Shown piece by piece: positions 23,418 through 32,540 of a DNA stretch of 50,529 nt. The stretch spans positions 1 to 50,529 of the forward strand of contig RGEP01000001.1 of assembly GCA_009918225.1 (NCBI GenBank), given 5' to 3'. The notes below the pieces were generated by a model. That model was not told the origin of the DNA. It was given only the letters and a program-made list of their open reading frames with translations, and made no database searches. Positions within the stretch are counted from its first letter, which is position 1. Each line of letters begins with the position of its first letter. A program made the position numbers and the translations under genes. This DNA is from Betaproteobacteria bacterium. GTDB taxonomy: Bacteria > Pseudomonadota > Gammaproteobacteria > Burkholderiales > Burkholderiaceae_C.

Positions 23418-24167
23418 TCAGGCCCCTTCGTTGACCTCGACAAACTCGTCGCCTTCACCGCCGGAGACGGCCTGGGCCAGTTCCTGGGTCGCGTTGGCCT
23501 TGCCGTCCAACACGGCGTCTGCCACGGCTCGGGCGTACAGGGCCACAGCCTTGGCGGAGTCGTCATTGCCAGGGATCACGTAGTCGATGCCGTCAGGAGA
23601 GTGGTTGGTGTCCACCACGCCGACCACCGGAATACCGAGCTTGTTGGCTTCTTGAATCGCGATCTTGTGATAGCCCACGTCGATCACGAACAGAGCGTCG
23701 GGCAAAGCTGCCATATCAGCGATGCCACCGATGTCCTTTTCCAGCTTGGCGATCTCGCGCTGGAACATCAGGGCTTCTTTCTTGATCGAGGGCTGGGTGC
23801 CAGCCTCCACCTGAGCCTGCATGTCCTTGAGCTTCTTCAAGGAGCCTTTGACCGTCTTGAAGTTGGTCAGCATGCCACCCAGCCAACGCTGGTCCACATA
23901 AGGCATGCCGCAGCGCTGGGCTTCAGCGGCCACGACTTCACGGGCTTGGCGCTTGGTGCCCACCAACATGATGGTGCCGCGGCGGGCGGCCAGTTGGCGG
24001 ATGAACTTCATGCCGTCCTGGAAAAGAGGCTGTGTCTTTTCCAGGTTGATGATGTGGATCTTGTTGCGATGGCCGTAAATGAACGGGGCCATCTTGGGGT
24101 TCCAGAAGCGGGTTTGGTGACCGAAGTGCACCCCGGCTTCCAGCATTTCGCGCATGCTGACAGACAT
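23418..24167 (-). CDS. rpsB: 30S ribosomal protein S2
   Basis: [26 protein letters not shown] is a canonical S2 start. ATG at 24167 is preceded by taggag. The 521-aa ORF-track version is an upstream read-through extension. Confidence 0.95.
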   Translation of the reverse strand: MSVSMREMLEAGVHFGHQTRFWNPKMAPFIYGHRNKIHIINLEKTQPLFQDGMKFIRQLAARRGTIMLVGTKRQAREVVAAEAQRCGMPYVDQRWLGGMLTNFKTVKGSLKKLKDMQAQVEAGTQPSIKKEALMFQREIAKLEKDIGGIADMAALPDALFVIDVGYHKIAIQEANKLGIPVVGVVDTNHSPDGIDYVIPGNDDSAKAVALYARAVADAVLDGKANATQELAQAVSGGEGDEFVEVNEGA

Positions 24168-24314
24168 GATTTCTCCTAGAAGGTTGGGTCTAGAATCCCG
24201 CCGAAATTCCGGTTCGCAGCGCCCTGCACGGGCTGACTGCCTCACCGAAACACCTCTGGTGGTGGGATCCGCGATTGGCTCACCCGTTTCCGGGTAAACC
24301 CAAAGAGTATAGCA
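24168..24314 (-). promoter_or_regulatory. Putative rpsB promoter (extended -10) and about 130-nt structured leader
   Basis: The minus strand has TGcTATACT at 24306-24314, which is an extended -10. The leader contains acccg-GAAA-cgggt and a ctaga/tctag stem abutting the SD. The call is by eye only. S2 autoregulation via the leader is established in E. coli but not verified here. Confidence 0.3.
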
Positions 24315-24317
24315 GGC

Positions 24318-25955
24318 TTGGCCCACTCCCCCTTTCGCCCCACAGCCGCGCGCACCCCAGGGCACGCGTTGCCCCTGTGGGATGCGGCCACCTCCCGGCA
24401 CATCGAAGCCTGGGCGTTGAGCCAGGACCATGGCCCCAGCCTGATGGAGCGCGCCGGATTGGCGGTGGCCCGATTGGCCCTGGCGGTCAGCCCTGCGGGC
24501 AGTGCCGTCTGGGTGCTGACCGGCTCGGGCAACAACGGAGGCGACGGCTGGGTGGCTGCTCGGCACTTGCACCTTGCCGGTTGGCCCCTGCGCGTTTGGG
24601 AAGTTCAAGCCGCCCAAACTGCTGCCGCACAGGCCGCCCGAAAAGCGGCGCTGGACGCCGGTGTCCAGCTTGCACAGGGGTCCGGGGCCCCGCCTGAGCA
24701 GCAAGCCTGGCCACCCAATGGGTCGCACGGACTGCTGATCATTGATGCCTTGCTGGGCCTGGGGGCGCGCGCGCCGCTGCCCTCTGCCCTTGTACAAGCG
24801 GTCCACTGGATCACGCGATGCACTCGGGCCGATGGCACGACGGTGGTGCTCAGCGTCGACCTCCCCAGCGGCCTGCAGGCCGACACCGGCTGCCGCTTGC
24901 AAGACGCCCATGGCCAATCCTGCGCGGTCCAGGCCCACCACACCTTGAGCCTGCTCACGCTCAAGCCAGGGTTGTTTACCCACGAGGGGTGTGAATCATC
25001 GGGGCAGGTGTGGTTTGATGACTTGGGCCTGGCGGCACCCCTGCTCGACAGCCCAAGGGCTCGCCTGATTCCCGTCAGTCTGCTCTCCATCCTGCGCAAG
25101 GCCCGGGTGCAGCCTGATGGGCAGGCCAGGCGCGGCGGGCACAAAGGCCTCTATGGCGACGTCTGGCTCGTGGGAGGAGCGCCCGGCATGGCTGGCGCGC
25201 TGCGCCTGGCCGCGCGCGCAGCCGTGGCCGCCGGTGGCGGTCGGGTTCACCGGGTCGACCTGGGCAGTCAGGCGGGCGGCCTGGATGAGGCCGCGCCCGA
25301 GGTCATGATGAAAACAGAGCCTGAACTGCGCGCGGCCTGCAGCAGCGACGCCGTGGTGGTGGCCGGCTGCGGCGGCGGGTCGCACATCACACCGGTTCTG
25401 ACGCCGTTGTTGGCCCGGGCCCATCGCCTGGTGCTGGATGCAGACGCCTTGAACGCTGTGGCCGCTGACACCTCGCTCTGGTCCCGGCTGGTGGCACGGG
25501 CCCACCGTGGCCAGGCCACCGTGCTGACGCCGCACCCGCTGGAAGCGGCGCGGCTCCTGGCCTGCAGCACGTCCCAGGTTCAATCAGACCGCCTAGCAGC
25601 CGCCCAGGCCCTGGCCCATCGCAGCGGTGCCACGGTCGTGCTCAAAGGCGCCGGCAGTGTGGTGGCCAGCCCAGGCGCCACCCCTTGGGTCAACACCAGC
25701 GGCAATGCCCGCTTGGCCAGTGGTGGAACCGGCGATGTACTGGCCGGCTGGATCGGGGGGGTCTGGGCGTCTTCGGTGGACGACCCGTCTGGCCTGCACG
25801 ATGCCGTAGCGGCCTGCGTGCACCTGCATGGCCGAGCAGCCGATCGGGTCGATCCCAGCACCGGCCGCTGCGAGACCGCTGTGTTGCCCGCTTCAGCCCT
25901 GATCGCGCAGATGTCTGGCGAGTTGCTGCGCGCACACAACGGCGATCAAGGCTGA
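24318..25955 (+). CDS. nnr: Bifunctional NAD(P)H-hydrate repair enzyme Nnr (epimerase plus ADP-dependent dehydratase)
   Basis: YjeF-N motif [18 protein letters not shown] and C-terminal carbohydrate-kinase-type motif [13 protein letters not shown]. The only in-frame start upstream of the conserved N-terminus is TTG at 24318, so the start is uncertain. The 3' end overlaps the convergent MFS gene by 63 nt. Confidence 0.82.
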   Translation: MAHSPFRPTAARTPGHALPLWDAATSRHIEAWALSQDHGPSLMERAGLAVARLALAVSPAGSAVWVLTGSGNNGGDGWVAARHLHLAGWPLRVWEVQAAQTAAAQAARKAALDAGVQLAQGSGAPPEQQAWPPNGSHGLLIIDALLGLGARAPLPSALVQAVHWITRCTRADGTTVVLSVDLPSGLQADTGCRLQDAHGQSCAVQAHHTLSLLTLKPGLFTHEGCESSGQVWFDDLGLAAPLLDSPRARLIPVSLLSILRKARVQPDGQARRGGHKGLYGDVWLVGGAPGMAGALRLAARAAVAAGGGRVHRVDLGSQAGGLDEAAPEVMMKTEPELRAACSSDAVVVAGCGGGSHITPVLTPLLARAHRLVLDADALNAVAADTSLWSRLVARAHRGQATVLTPHPLEAARLLACSTSQVQSDRLAAAQALAHRSGATVVLKGAGSVVASPGATPWVNTSGNARLASGGTGDVLAGWIGGVWASSVDDPSGLHDAVAACVHLHGRAADRVDPSTGRCETAVLPASALIAQMSGELLRAHNGDQG

Positions 25956-27062
25956 GGCCGTTGCGGCCCAGAACACCGACTTGAAGCCCAAGTGTTGGGT
26001 GAGCAAGCCTCCGCCCAAGCCGCCCACCACACCAGACAGGCCGTAGCCCAGGACCGCGTACAAGGCCTGGCCCCGCCCCCTCAGCCGGCCTGGGAAAAAA
26101 GCCCCCAATTGCGCGGTGCAGGCCGCATGCTGTGCGGCAAAGGTCACCGCATGCAGAAGTTGCGCCGCCACCAAGACCACCATGTGTTCGCCAAACTCAG
26201 CAATGGCGGCAAAACGAAGCACGCACAAAACAGCCGCCCACCACAGCCAGCGCGCCGGCTCCAGGCGGCCCACCCAGTTCGCCCCCATCCAGAAGAAGGC
26301 AATTTCGGCCAGCACGCTCACCGCCCACACCAGGCCCACCACGGCCTTGCCGTAACCCAGCTCGTCCAGGTACAGGCTCAGAAAGGTGTAGAGGCTGGTA
26401 TGCCCCAGCACCGTGAAGAAGATGGTGGCGAAAAACCAAAGCACCCGAGGCTGGCGCACGACCTGCCACACCGAGCCTTCTTCAGCTGTGGGCTCTGCAG
26501 CGGTGTCCACCCGGGATGGCAAACGCGCAGCAGCTACGCACAAGAGCACCAACATGGCGCTGACCACCCAGGGGAAGGCTTCAATGCCAGCCGCTTCCAG
26601 CAAGAAGCCCGCAAGGGTGACCGCAAGGATGAAGCCAATGGACCCCCAGACGCGGATGCGCCCATAGCGTCGGGTGTCCATCCCACCATCGGTGTGCAGA
26701 AAACGCGCCAGCGCGGATTCCGATAAGGGCACCACGCCCCCATTGCAGATGAAGAGCAGGAACACACACGCCGGCAACCAGCCCCAGGCATGAGAGGGCT
26801 GCAACAGCGCGCTCATCACCAAAGAAGCTGCAGCGGCTGCGCGCAAGAGCCAAACACGACGCCCCGTGTGGTCGGCCAACCACCCCCAGGCATAGGGCAC
26901 GAACACCCGAGTCCAGGCCTGCAAAGAAGAAATCACCCCGATGGCCAGTGCCGAGTAGCCCAAAGACTTGAACCACAGCGGCGCGTAGGTGGTGAAAAAT
27001 CCGATGCTGGCGAAGTACGTGAAGGACACGGCCGCAAAGGCGGCCCAGGGCGGACGGTTCAC
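25893..27062 (-). CDS. MFS transporter (MFS_1_like/HcaT-like by N-terminal resemblance; substrate unknown)
   Basis: Highly hydrophobic multi-pass protein with the MFS loop 2-3 motif [10 protein letters not shown]. The GTG at 27062 forms a GTGA overlap with the aroC stop. The ORF-track start at 27113 would overlap aroC by 55 nt. Confidence 0.78.
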   Translation of the reverse strand: MNRPPWAAFAAVSFTYFASIGFFTTYAPLWFKSLGYSALAIGVISSLQAWTRVFVPYAWGWLADHTGRRVWLLRAAAAASLVMSALLQPSHAWGWLPACVFLLFICNGGVVPLSESALARFLHTDGGMDTRRYGRIRVWGSIGFILAVTLAGFLLEAAGIEAFPWVVSAMLVLLCVAAARLPSRVDTAAEPTAEEGSVWQVVRQPRVLWFFATIFFTVLGHTSLYTFLSLYLDELGYGKAVVGLVWAVSVLAEIAFFWMGANWVGRLEPARWLWWAAVLCVLRFAAIAEFGEHMVVLVAAQLLHAVTFAAQHAACTAQLGAFFPGRLRGRGQALYAVLGYGLSGVVGGLGGGLLTQHLGFKSVFWAATASALIAVVCAQQLARHLRDQG

Positions 27063-28162
27063 GCGCCAGCAGCGCCCTTGATCGGCGGAACCGGCAGGCT
27101 CACATCGCCGCACTGTGCGCGATGCTGCAAGGCATGGTCCATCACCACCAAGGCCAGCATGGCCTCGGCGATGGGCGTAGCGCGGATGCCCACGCAGGGG
27201 TCGTGACGCCCAAAGGTCTCCACGGTCGCAGGCTGAAGCTGCCGGTCGATCGAGGCCTTGGGCAGTCGGATGGAGCTGGTGGGCTTGATGGCCAAACGTA
27301 CCACCAGGTCTTGTCCGGTGCTGATACCACCCAGCACCCCTCCGGCATGGTTGCTGCGAAAGCCCTCCGGCGACAACTCATCGCCATGCACACTGCCGTT
27401 TTGCGCCACCACGGCAAAGCCATCGCCGATCTCCACGCCCTTGACAGCATTGATGCCCATCATGGCGTAAGCGATATCGGCGTCCAGTTTGTCAAACAGC
27501 GGCTGGCCAAGGCCCACCGGCACACCGCTGGCACGCACCTCAATGCGCGCGCCCACGGAATCGCCCTTCTTGCGCAGAGCGTCCATATAGGCCTCCAGCT
27601 CGCCGATGCGGCTGACGTTGGCCGCAAAGAAGGGGTTGTGCGCCACGTGCTCCAGGCCTTCAAAGGGGATGTCGATCTCGCCCAGAGCCGACATCCAACC
27701 GGTGAACCGAGTGCCGTAGCGGCCCAACAGCCACTTCTTGGCCACGGCGCCTGCAGCCACCATGGGTGCGGTCAAGCGAGCAGATGACCGCCCGCCGCCG
27801 CGAGGGTCACGCAGGCCGTACTTGCGCCAGTAGGTGTAGTCGGCATGGCCCGGGCGAAAGGTGTCCAGGATGTTGCCGTAATCCTTGCTGCGCTGATCGG
27901 TGTTGCGGATCAGCAGGGCAATCGGCGTGCCCGTGGTACGGCCCTCAAACACACCGGAGAGGATCTCCACCGCATCGGGTTCGTTGCGCTGGGTGACATG
28001 CCGGCTCGTGCCCGGGCGCCTGCGGTCGAGATCGGGCTGAATATCGGCCTCGCTTAGCTCCAGGCCGGGGGGGCATCCGTCAATGACGCAGCCGATGGCC
28101 ACACCGTGGCTCTCGCCAAAGTTCGTGACGCGAAAGAGTTCGCCAAAGGTGCTGCCAGACAT
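27059..28162 (-). CDS. aroC: Chorismate synthase
   Basis: [33 protein letters not shown] and GGGRSSAR motifs. The protein is 367 aa. Confidence 0.95.
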   Translation of the reverse strand: MSGSTFGELFRVTNFGESHGVAIGCVIDGCPPGLELSEADIQPDLDRRRPGTSRHVTQRNEPDAVEILSGVFEGRTTGTPIALLIRNTDQRSKDYGNILDTFRPGHADYTYWRKYGLRDPRGGGRSSARLTAPMVAAGAVAKKWLLGRYGTRFTGWMSALGEIDIPFEGLEHVAHNPFFAANVSRIGELEAYMDALRKKGDSVGARIEVRASGVPVGLGQPLFDKLDADIAYAMMGINAVKGVEIGDGFAVVAQNGSVHGDELSPEGFRSNHAGGVLGGISTGQDLVVRLAIKPTSSIRLPKASIDRQLQPATVETFGRHDPCVGIRATPIAEAMLALVVMDHALQHRAQCGDVSLPVPPIKGAAGA

Positions 28163-28222
28163 GAATCAGGGACGTTGCAGGGGGAGTCCAATTGTGACAG
28201 TGTGCGGGCCCCTGCCCTGCCC

Positions 28223-28699
28223 TCAGCGTGGGCCTGCGGCGGCTTGCCCTGCGCCTGCCGCATCCTCAGCCGGCCAATCGCGGATGTAGGCCTTGAGCAT
28301 GCGGTTTTCGAAATCCTGTGCGTCAACCACTGCCTTGGCGACGTCGTAGAAGGAGATCACGCCCATCAACGTGCGGCCATCGAGCACCGGCATGTACCGG
28401 GCGTGGCGGCCCAACATCATGCGGCGCACCTCGTCCATCTCGGTTTCCATGGTGCAGGTCATCGGATGGTCATCCATCACCGAACGGACCAGAAGCGAGC
28501 CCAACTGGTTCTGGTTGCGCACCACCGCGGCGATCACCTCGCGAAAGGTCAGCATGCCGCTGAGGTCGCCATGGTCCATCACCACCAGTGAACCCACATC
28601 ATGCTCGGCCATGGTCTTGACGGCTTCAGCCAAGGGAGTGTCGGAGCTCACCGTGAACAGGGTGCTGCCTTTGACGCGGAGGATGTCACTGACCTTCAT
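28223..28699 (-). CDS. Stand-alone CBS-domain-pair protein
   Basis: MKVSDILRVKGSTLFTVSSDTPLAEAVKTMAEHDVGSLVVMD... and a second CBS repeat (...RYMPVLDGRTLMGVISFYDV). ATG at 28699. About 158 aa with an Ala/Gly-rich tail. Confidence 0.8.
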   Translation of the reverse strand: MKVSDILRVKGSTLFTVSSDTPLAEAVKTMAEHDVGSLVVMDHGDLSGMLTFREVIAAVVRNQNQLGSLLVRSVMDDHPMTCTMETEMDEVRRMMLGRHARYMPVLDGRTLMGVISFYDVAKAVVDAQDFENRMLKAYIRDWPAEDAAGAGQAAAGPR

Positions 28700-28808
28700 G
28701 ACGGTGCCTGCAGGTGTACAACAAAGAGCGGTCACGCGCGGGTGCGGACCAACGACCAGCGCCAACATAGCACACAATCTTTGCCAGACCAACGCCGGAA
28801 TCACCATC

Positions 28809-30149
28809 ATGGCCGGATACAGCTCGCCGCATTTCGACACCTTGGCTCTGCATGCCGGTGCCGCCCCCGACCCGTCTACCGGAGCCCGGGCGGTTCCCTT
28901 GCACCTGAGCACGTCCTTTGTGTTTCAGGATGCGGAGCACGCCGCCTCGCTGTTCAACATGGAGCGGCCTGGGCATGTCTACAGCCGCATCAGCAATCCC
29001 ACTACCGCGGTTTTCGAAGAGCGCATGGCGGCCCTGGACGGGGGCGTGGGCGCGGTGGCCACGGCCAGCGGCCAGGCAGCACTGCACCTGGCCGTGGCGA
29101 CCCTGGCTGGGGCAGGCTCGCACATCGTGGCCAGCGGTGCCTTGTATGGCGGCTCGCACAACCTGCTGGCCTACACCCTCAGGCGCTTCGGCATCGACAC
29201 CACCTTTGTGCCTCCGCGGGACTTGGATGCCTGGCGCCAGGCCATACGGCCCAATACCCGGCTGCTGTTCGGCGAAACCCTGGGCAATCCTGGCTTGGAT
29301 GTGCTGGACATTCCCTCGGTTTCGGCACTGGCCCATGAAGCGGGCTTGCCCCTGGTGGTGGATGCCACCTTCACCACGCCGTGGCTGATGAAGCCCATCG
29401 AATGGGGTGCCGATGTAGTCGTTCACTCGGCCACCAAGTTTTTGTGTGGCCATGGCACCGTGGTCGGCGGTGTGGTGGTCGATGCAGGACGTTTCGACTG
29501 GGCCGACAGTCCGCGCTTTCCCGAGCTCAGCCAACCCTACGAAGGCTTTCACGGAATGAACTTCGCCGAGGAAAGTCCCGTGGGCGCCTTCTTGCTGCGG
29601 GCCCGACGAGAGGGCTTGCGCGACTTTGGCGCCTGCATGAGCCCGCACACCGCATGGCTCATCCTGCAGGGCCTTGAAACCCTGTCCTTGCGGATGGAGC
29701 GGCATGTGGCCAACACCCGGCGCGTGGTGGATTTTCTGTGCAGCCACCCCATGGTGCAGGATGTGGCCTACCCCGAACTGCCCTCACATCCCGACCACGC
29801 GCTGGCGCAAAAACTGCTGCCCAAGGGTGCCGGGGCGGTCTTCAGCTTCAATCTGCGGGGCTCGCGCGAACAGGGCCGCGCGTTCATCGAAGCCCTGCAG
29901 GTGTTTTCGCACCTGGCCAATGTCGGCGACTGCCGCTCGCTGGTCATCCACCCGGCTTCCACCACCCACTTCCGCATGAGCGACGATGCCCTGAGGCTCA
30001 GCGGCATCGGCCCCGGCACGGTCCGCCTGTCCATCGGGCTGGAAGCCGCCGAGGACCTGATCGAGGATCTCAAGCGCGCCTTCAAGCTCGCCGACCGAGC
30101 GGCTTCACGCGGCCAAGCCCCGAGCAAGCCGCAGGGGGGCACCGCATGA
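28809..30149 (+). CDS. metY: O-acetylhomoserine sulfhydrylase / aminocarboxypropyltransferase (PLP-dependent, Cys/Met metabolism family)
   Basis: FDTLALHAGAAPDPSTGARAVPLHLSTSF, YSRISNPT, and PLP-lysine motif HSATKFLCGHG. ATG at 28809. Confidence 0.9.
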   Translation: MAGYSSPHFDTLALHAGAAPDPSTGARAVPLHLSTSFVFQDAEHAASLFNMERPGHVYSRISNPTTAVFEERMAALDGGVGAVATASGQAALHLAVATLAGAGSHIVASGALYGGSHNLLAYTLRRFGIDTTFVPPRDLDAWRQAIRPNTRLLFGETLGNPGLDVLDIPSVSALAHEAGLPLVVDATFTTPWLMKPIEWGADVVVHSATKFLCGHGTVVGGVVVDAGRFDWADSPRFPELSQPYEGFHGMNFAEESPVGAFLLRARREGLRDFGACMSPHTAWLILQGLETLSLRMERHVANTRRVVDFLCSHPMVQDVAYPELPSHPDHALAQKLLPKGAGAVFSFNLRGSREQGRAFIEALQVFSHLANVGDCRSLVIHPASTTHFRMSDDALRLSGIGPGTVRLSIGLEAAEDLIEDLKRAFKLADRAASRGQAPSKPQGGTA

Positions 30150-30958
30150 TCATCGAGCTCGAGGACCGGCGGGTTTACGCCTACACCGGGGGCCGACCCT
30201 TCGACCCCCGCCTGCCCTGCATGGTCTTCATCCATGGCGCGCTGCATGATCACAGCGTGTGGACCCTGGCGGCACGTTGGTTCGCACATCACGGCCATGC
30301 CGTGCTGGCCTTGGACCAACCGGGCCATATGCGCAGCAGCGGGCCAGCATGCCCCGACATCCCCGCACTGGCCGAATGGGTTTGGCAGGTACTGGACGCC
30401 TTGGATGTGCCGTCGGCCCACCTGGTGGGGCACAGCATGGGCTCGCTGATAGCCCTGGAAGCAGCGGCGCGGGTGCCCGACCGGGTTCAATCCCTGGTGA
30501 TGGTGGGCACGGCCTATCCCATGTCGGTGTCACCCGCCTTGTTGGAAGCGGCCGAACATCGTCCCGCACAGGGCATCGAATGGGTCAACCAGACCTCCAT
30601 CAGCAGCTGGTCGCTCAAGCCCAGCTATCCGGGGCCCGGCTTCAGCTTGCACGGGGGCAACCGCGCCCTGATGCACCGGGTGCTGGCATCCAATCGTGAT
30701 CTGAACCTGTTCAGCCACGACTTCCGTTTGTGCGACGCGTATCGGGGTGCTGAAGCTGCCATGCCGAAGGTTCGCGCCCGCACGCATCTGGTGCTGGGCG
30801 CGCGGGATCAGATGACGCCGCCCAAGGCCACGGCGCTGCTGCAGCAGGGGCTGCAAGCCCAAGTGCACACCCTGGCGACCGGACACAGCCTGATGCACGA
30901 AGACCCAGAGGGCTTCCTGCAGGTGCTGCGCCGCATCACAGCAACTGTTGCAAGGTAA
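30146..30958 (+). CDS. Alpha/beta-fold hydrolase (function unknown)
   Basis: HGALHD oxyanion-region motif, nucleophile elbow GHSMGS, and C-terminal GHSLMHE. The ATG at 30146 forms an ATGA overlap with the metY stop. At about 270 aa it is too short to be MetX. Confidence 0.8.
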   Translation: MIIELEDRRVYAYTGGRPFDPRLPCMVFIHGALHDHSVWTLAARWFAHHGHAVLALDQPGHMRSSGPACPDIPALAEWVWQVLDALDVPSAHLVGHSMGSLIALEAAARVPDRVQSLVMVGTAYPMSVSPALLEAAEHRPAQGIEWVNQTSISSWSLKPSYPGPGFSLHGGNRALMHRVLASNRDLNLFSHDFRLCDAYRGAEAAMPKVRARTHLVLGARDQMTPPKATALLQQGLQAQVHTLATGHSLMHEDPEGFLQVLRRITATVAR

Positions 30959-32111
30959 GGGGGGCGGACGAACGGGCCAGCCAAGCCTCGTTACCGGCTT
31001 GAGGAGCCACAAGAAAGGCCTGTACCGGCAAGTGCATCGGACATTGGCTCGGATGCAAGCGCAAGAGATAGCCGCCGCTGCCGTGTGCATCCGGCGGTAC
31101 ATGCACCAACCAGCCCCAGGCCACCATTTCATCGGCCACCGTCCGAACCTCCAAGGGGTCGGCCTTGGCCAGCGACGACAGCGTGGCGAGCTCCAGGGTC
31201 GGCTGCTCGGTGTCGCGAACGCCCGCCAAGGCCTGCAGCACGCGCAAGGCCAAGGTGAAGCGAGCACCTGGCAGGCGCCCATCCAGCGCGGGCGTGCCGC
31301 CGCGCAAGGCCGGCGCAGCAGCGGCCAATACCGCACCGGACAACACGATCACCCAGACGATGTAGATCCACAGCAGCAGGATGGGCAAGGTCGCAAACGC
31401 GCCATAGACCGCCGCAAAGACGGTCAGCGAGCTGACATACCAGCCCAAGGCTTCCTTGGCGATGGTGAAGGCCACCACCACGAAGGCCGCACCGATGAGG
31501 GCGTCGCGTGCGGCCACTGGCGTGTTGGGCAGGTACCGGAACAGCGCCGTGACGCCCGCCAAAAGGGTCACGATCTCCACCGCTTCCAGGGCCGTGGCCA
31601 AGACCACCGGCATCACCGGCCCCCAACCGCGCGAAGCCGTGAATGCGTAGGAGGCCGCCGTGAAAAACACGCCCACCAGCAAAGGTCCCAGGGTCATGGC
31701 CAGAAGGTAAAGCGTCAGCCGCGCGCCCACCGGCCGCGGTTGGCGCACGCGCCAGATTCGGTTGAGTGCGCGGTCGATGGTGAGCATCATCACCAAGGCC
31801 GACAACACCACGCCGGCCATGCCCACGGCGCCCAGCCGAGCTGCCTTGCCGGCGAACTGCGACACCGCCTGCAGCACGGGGCGGGCGATGAAGTCGGGCA
31901 CGAGCGACTGAAGAAACAGACGCTCGAGCCCTTCCTGGAAGGTCGCAAAACCCGGGAAGGCGCTGAACAGGGCCAGGGCCACCGTCAGCAAGGGCACCAA
32001 GCCCAGCAGGGTGGTGAAAGTCAGGCTGCCTGCCACCTGACCCAATCGGGCCTGTTTGAATCGCCCGCGCAACAGGCGCCAGAGCCCCCGAATCGAATCA
32101 CCTTGCATCAT
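30936..32111 (-). CDS. yihY: YihY/BrkB-family inner-membrane protein
   Basis: N-terminus ...RLGQVAGSLTFTTLLGLVPLLTVALALFSAFP, multiple TM segments, and a soluble C-terminal extension. Double ATG at 32106-32111. The 3' end overlaps the convergent hydrolase gene by 23 nt. Confidence 0.78.
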   Translation of the reverse strand: MMQGDSIRGLWRLLRGRFKQARLGQVAGSLTFTTLLGLVPLLTVALALFSAFPGFATFQEGLERLFLQSLVPDFIARPVLQAVSQFAGKAARLGAVGMAGVVLSALVMMLTIDRALNRIWRVRQPRPVGARLTLYLLAMTLGPLLVGVFFTAASYAFTASRGWGPVMPVVLATALEAVEIVTLLAGVTALFRYLPNTPVAARDALIGAAFVVVAFTIAKEALGWYVSSLTVFAAVYGAFATLPILLLWIYIVWVIVLSGAVLAAAAPALRGGTPALDGRLPGARFTLALRVLQALAGVRDTEQPTLELATLSSLAKADPLEVRTVADEMVAWGWLVHVPPDAHGSGGYLLRLHPSQCPMHLPVQAFLVAPQAGNEAWLARSSAPLTLQQLL

Positions 32112-32120
32112 CGGCCTATC

Positions 32121-32540
32121 ATGCCAGCCATGACCGATCTTGCCCCTCCGAGCCCACCGGGTGCTGCCGACCGGGTGGTGCAAACCACCCGCGCCTTGTC
32201 CATTGCCGCCTTGCTGGGCTTGGTGGTTCTGGGGCTGGCCTGGGAGCTGGTGTTGGCCCCCACCGGCAACCGAACCCTGGTGCTCAAGGTGATTCCGCTG
32301 CTCTTTCCCCTGTTCGGACTGCTCAAGCATCGCCTGTACACGCACCGGTGGGTGAGCTTGCTGGTGTGGCTGTATTTCACTGAAGGTGTGGTGCGCGCGA
32401 CGTCAGACCCCTACCCCTCTTGGGTTCTGGCCTTGGTTGAAGTGCTGCTGTGTCTGGTGCTGTTCACCGCCAGCGCGGTGCATGTCCGCTGGCGTTTGCA
32501 GCAGGCCAAGGCGCGGGGACCGCTGGAGGAGGCGCCCTGA
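32121..32540 (+). CDS. Small integral membrane protein (DUF2069-like)
   Basis: About 139 aa with 3-4 hydrophobic segments (ALSIAALLGLVVLGLAWELV; VIPLLFPLFGLL; WVSLLVWLYFTEG; ALVEVLLCLVLF). ATG at 32121 or 32130. The stop overlaps the next gene's start (TGATG). The family name comes from memory of similar proteins. Confidence 0.62.
   Translation: MPAMTDLAPPSPPGAADRVVQTTRALSIAALLGLVVLGLAWELVLAPTGNRTLVLKVIPLLFPLFGLLKHRLYTHRWVSLLVWLYFTEGVVRATSDPYPSWVLALVEVLLCLVLFTASAVHVRWRLQQAKARGPLEEAP

Noticed and set aside
24168-24983. A 5' extension makes the rpsB ORF 521 aa long.
   Set aside because: The canonical S2 N-terminus begins at the ATG at 24167 with a strong taggag SD. The extension has no protein-like features and overlaps nnr on the opposite strand. 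It is read-through openness typical of high-GC DNA. The same reasoning applies to the upstream extensions of dnaJ, dnaB, rpsF, ppsR, rnhB, lpxA, pyrH, nuoA, nuoC, nuoF, nuoG, metY and others.
28700-28808. A possible SAM or methionine riboswitch upstream of metY.
   Set aside because: I could not find a SAM-I, SAM-II or SAM/SAH-like conserved core or a convincing pseudoknot or terminator arrangement by eye. A covariance-model scan would be needed to exclude one formally.
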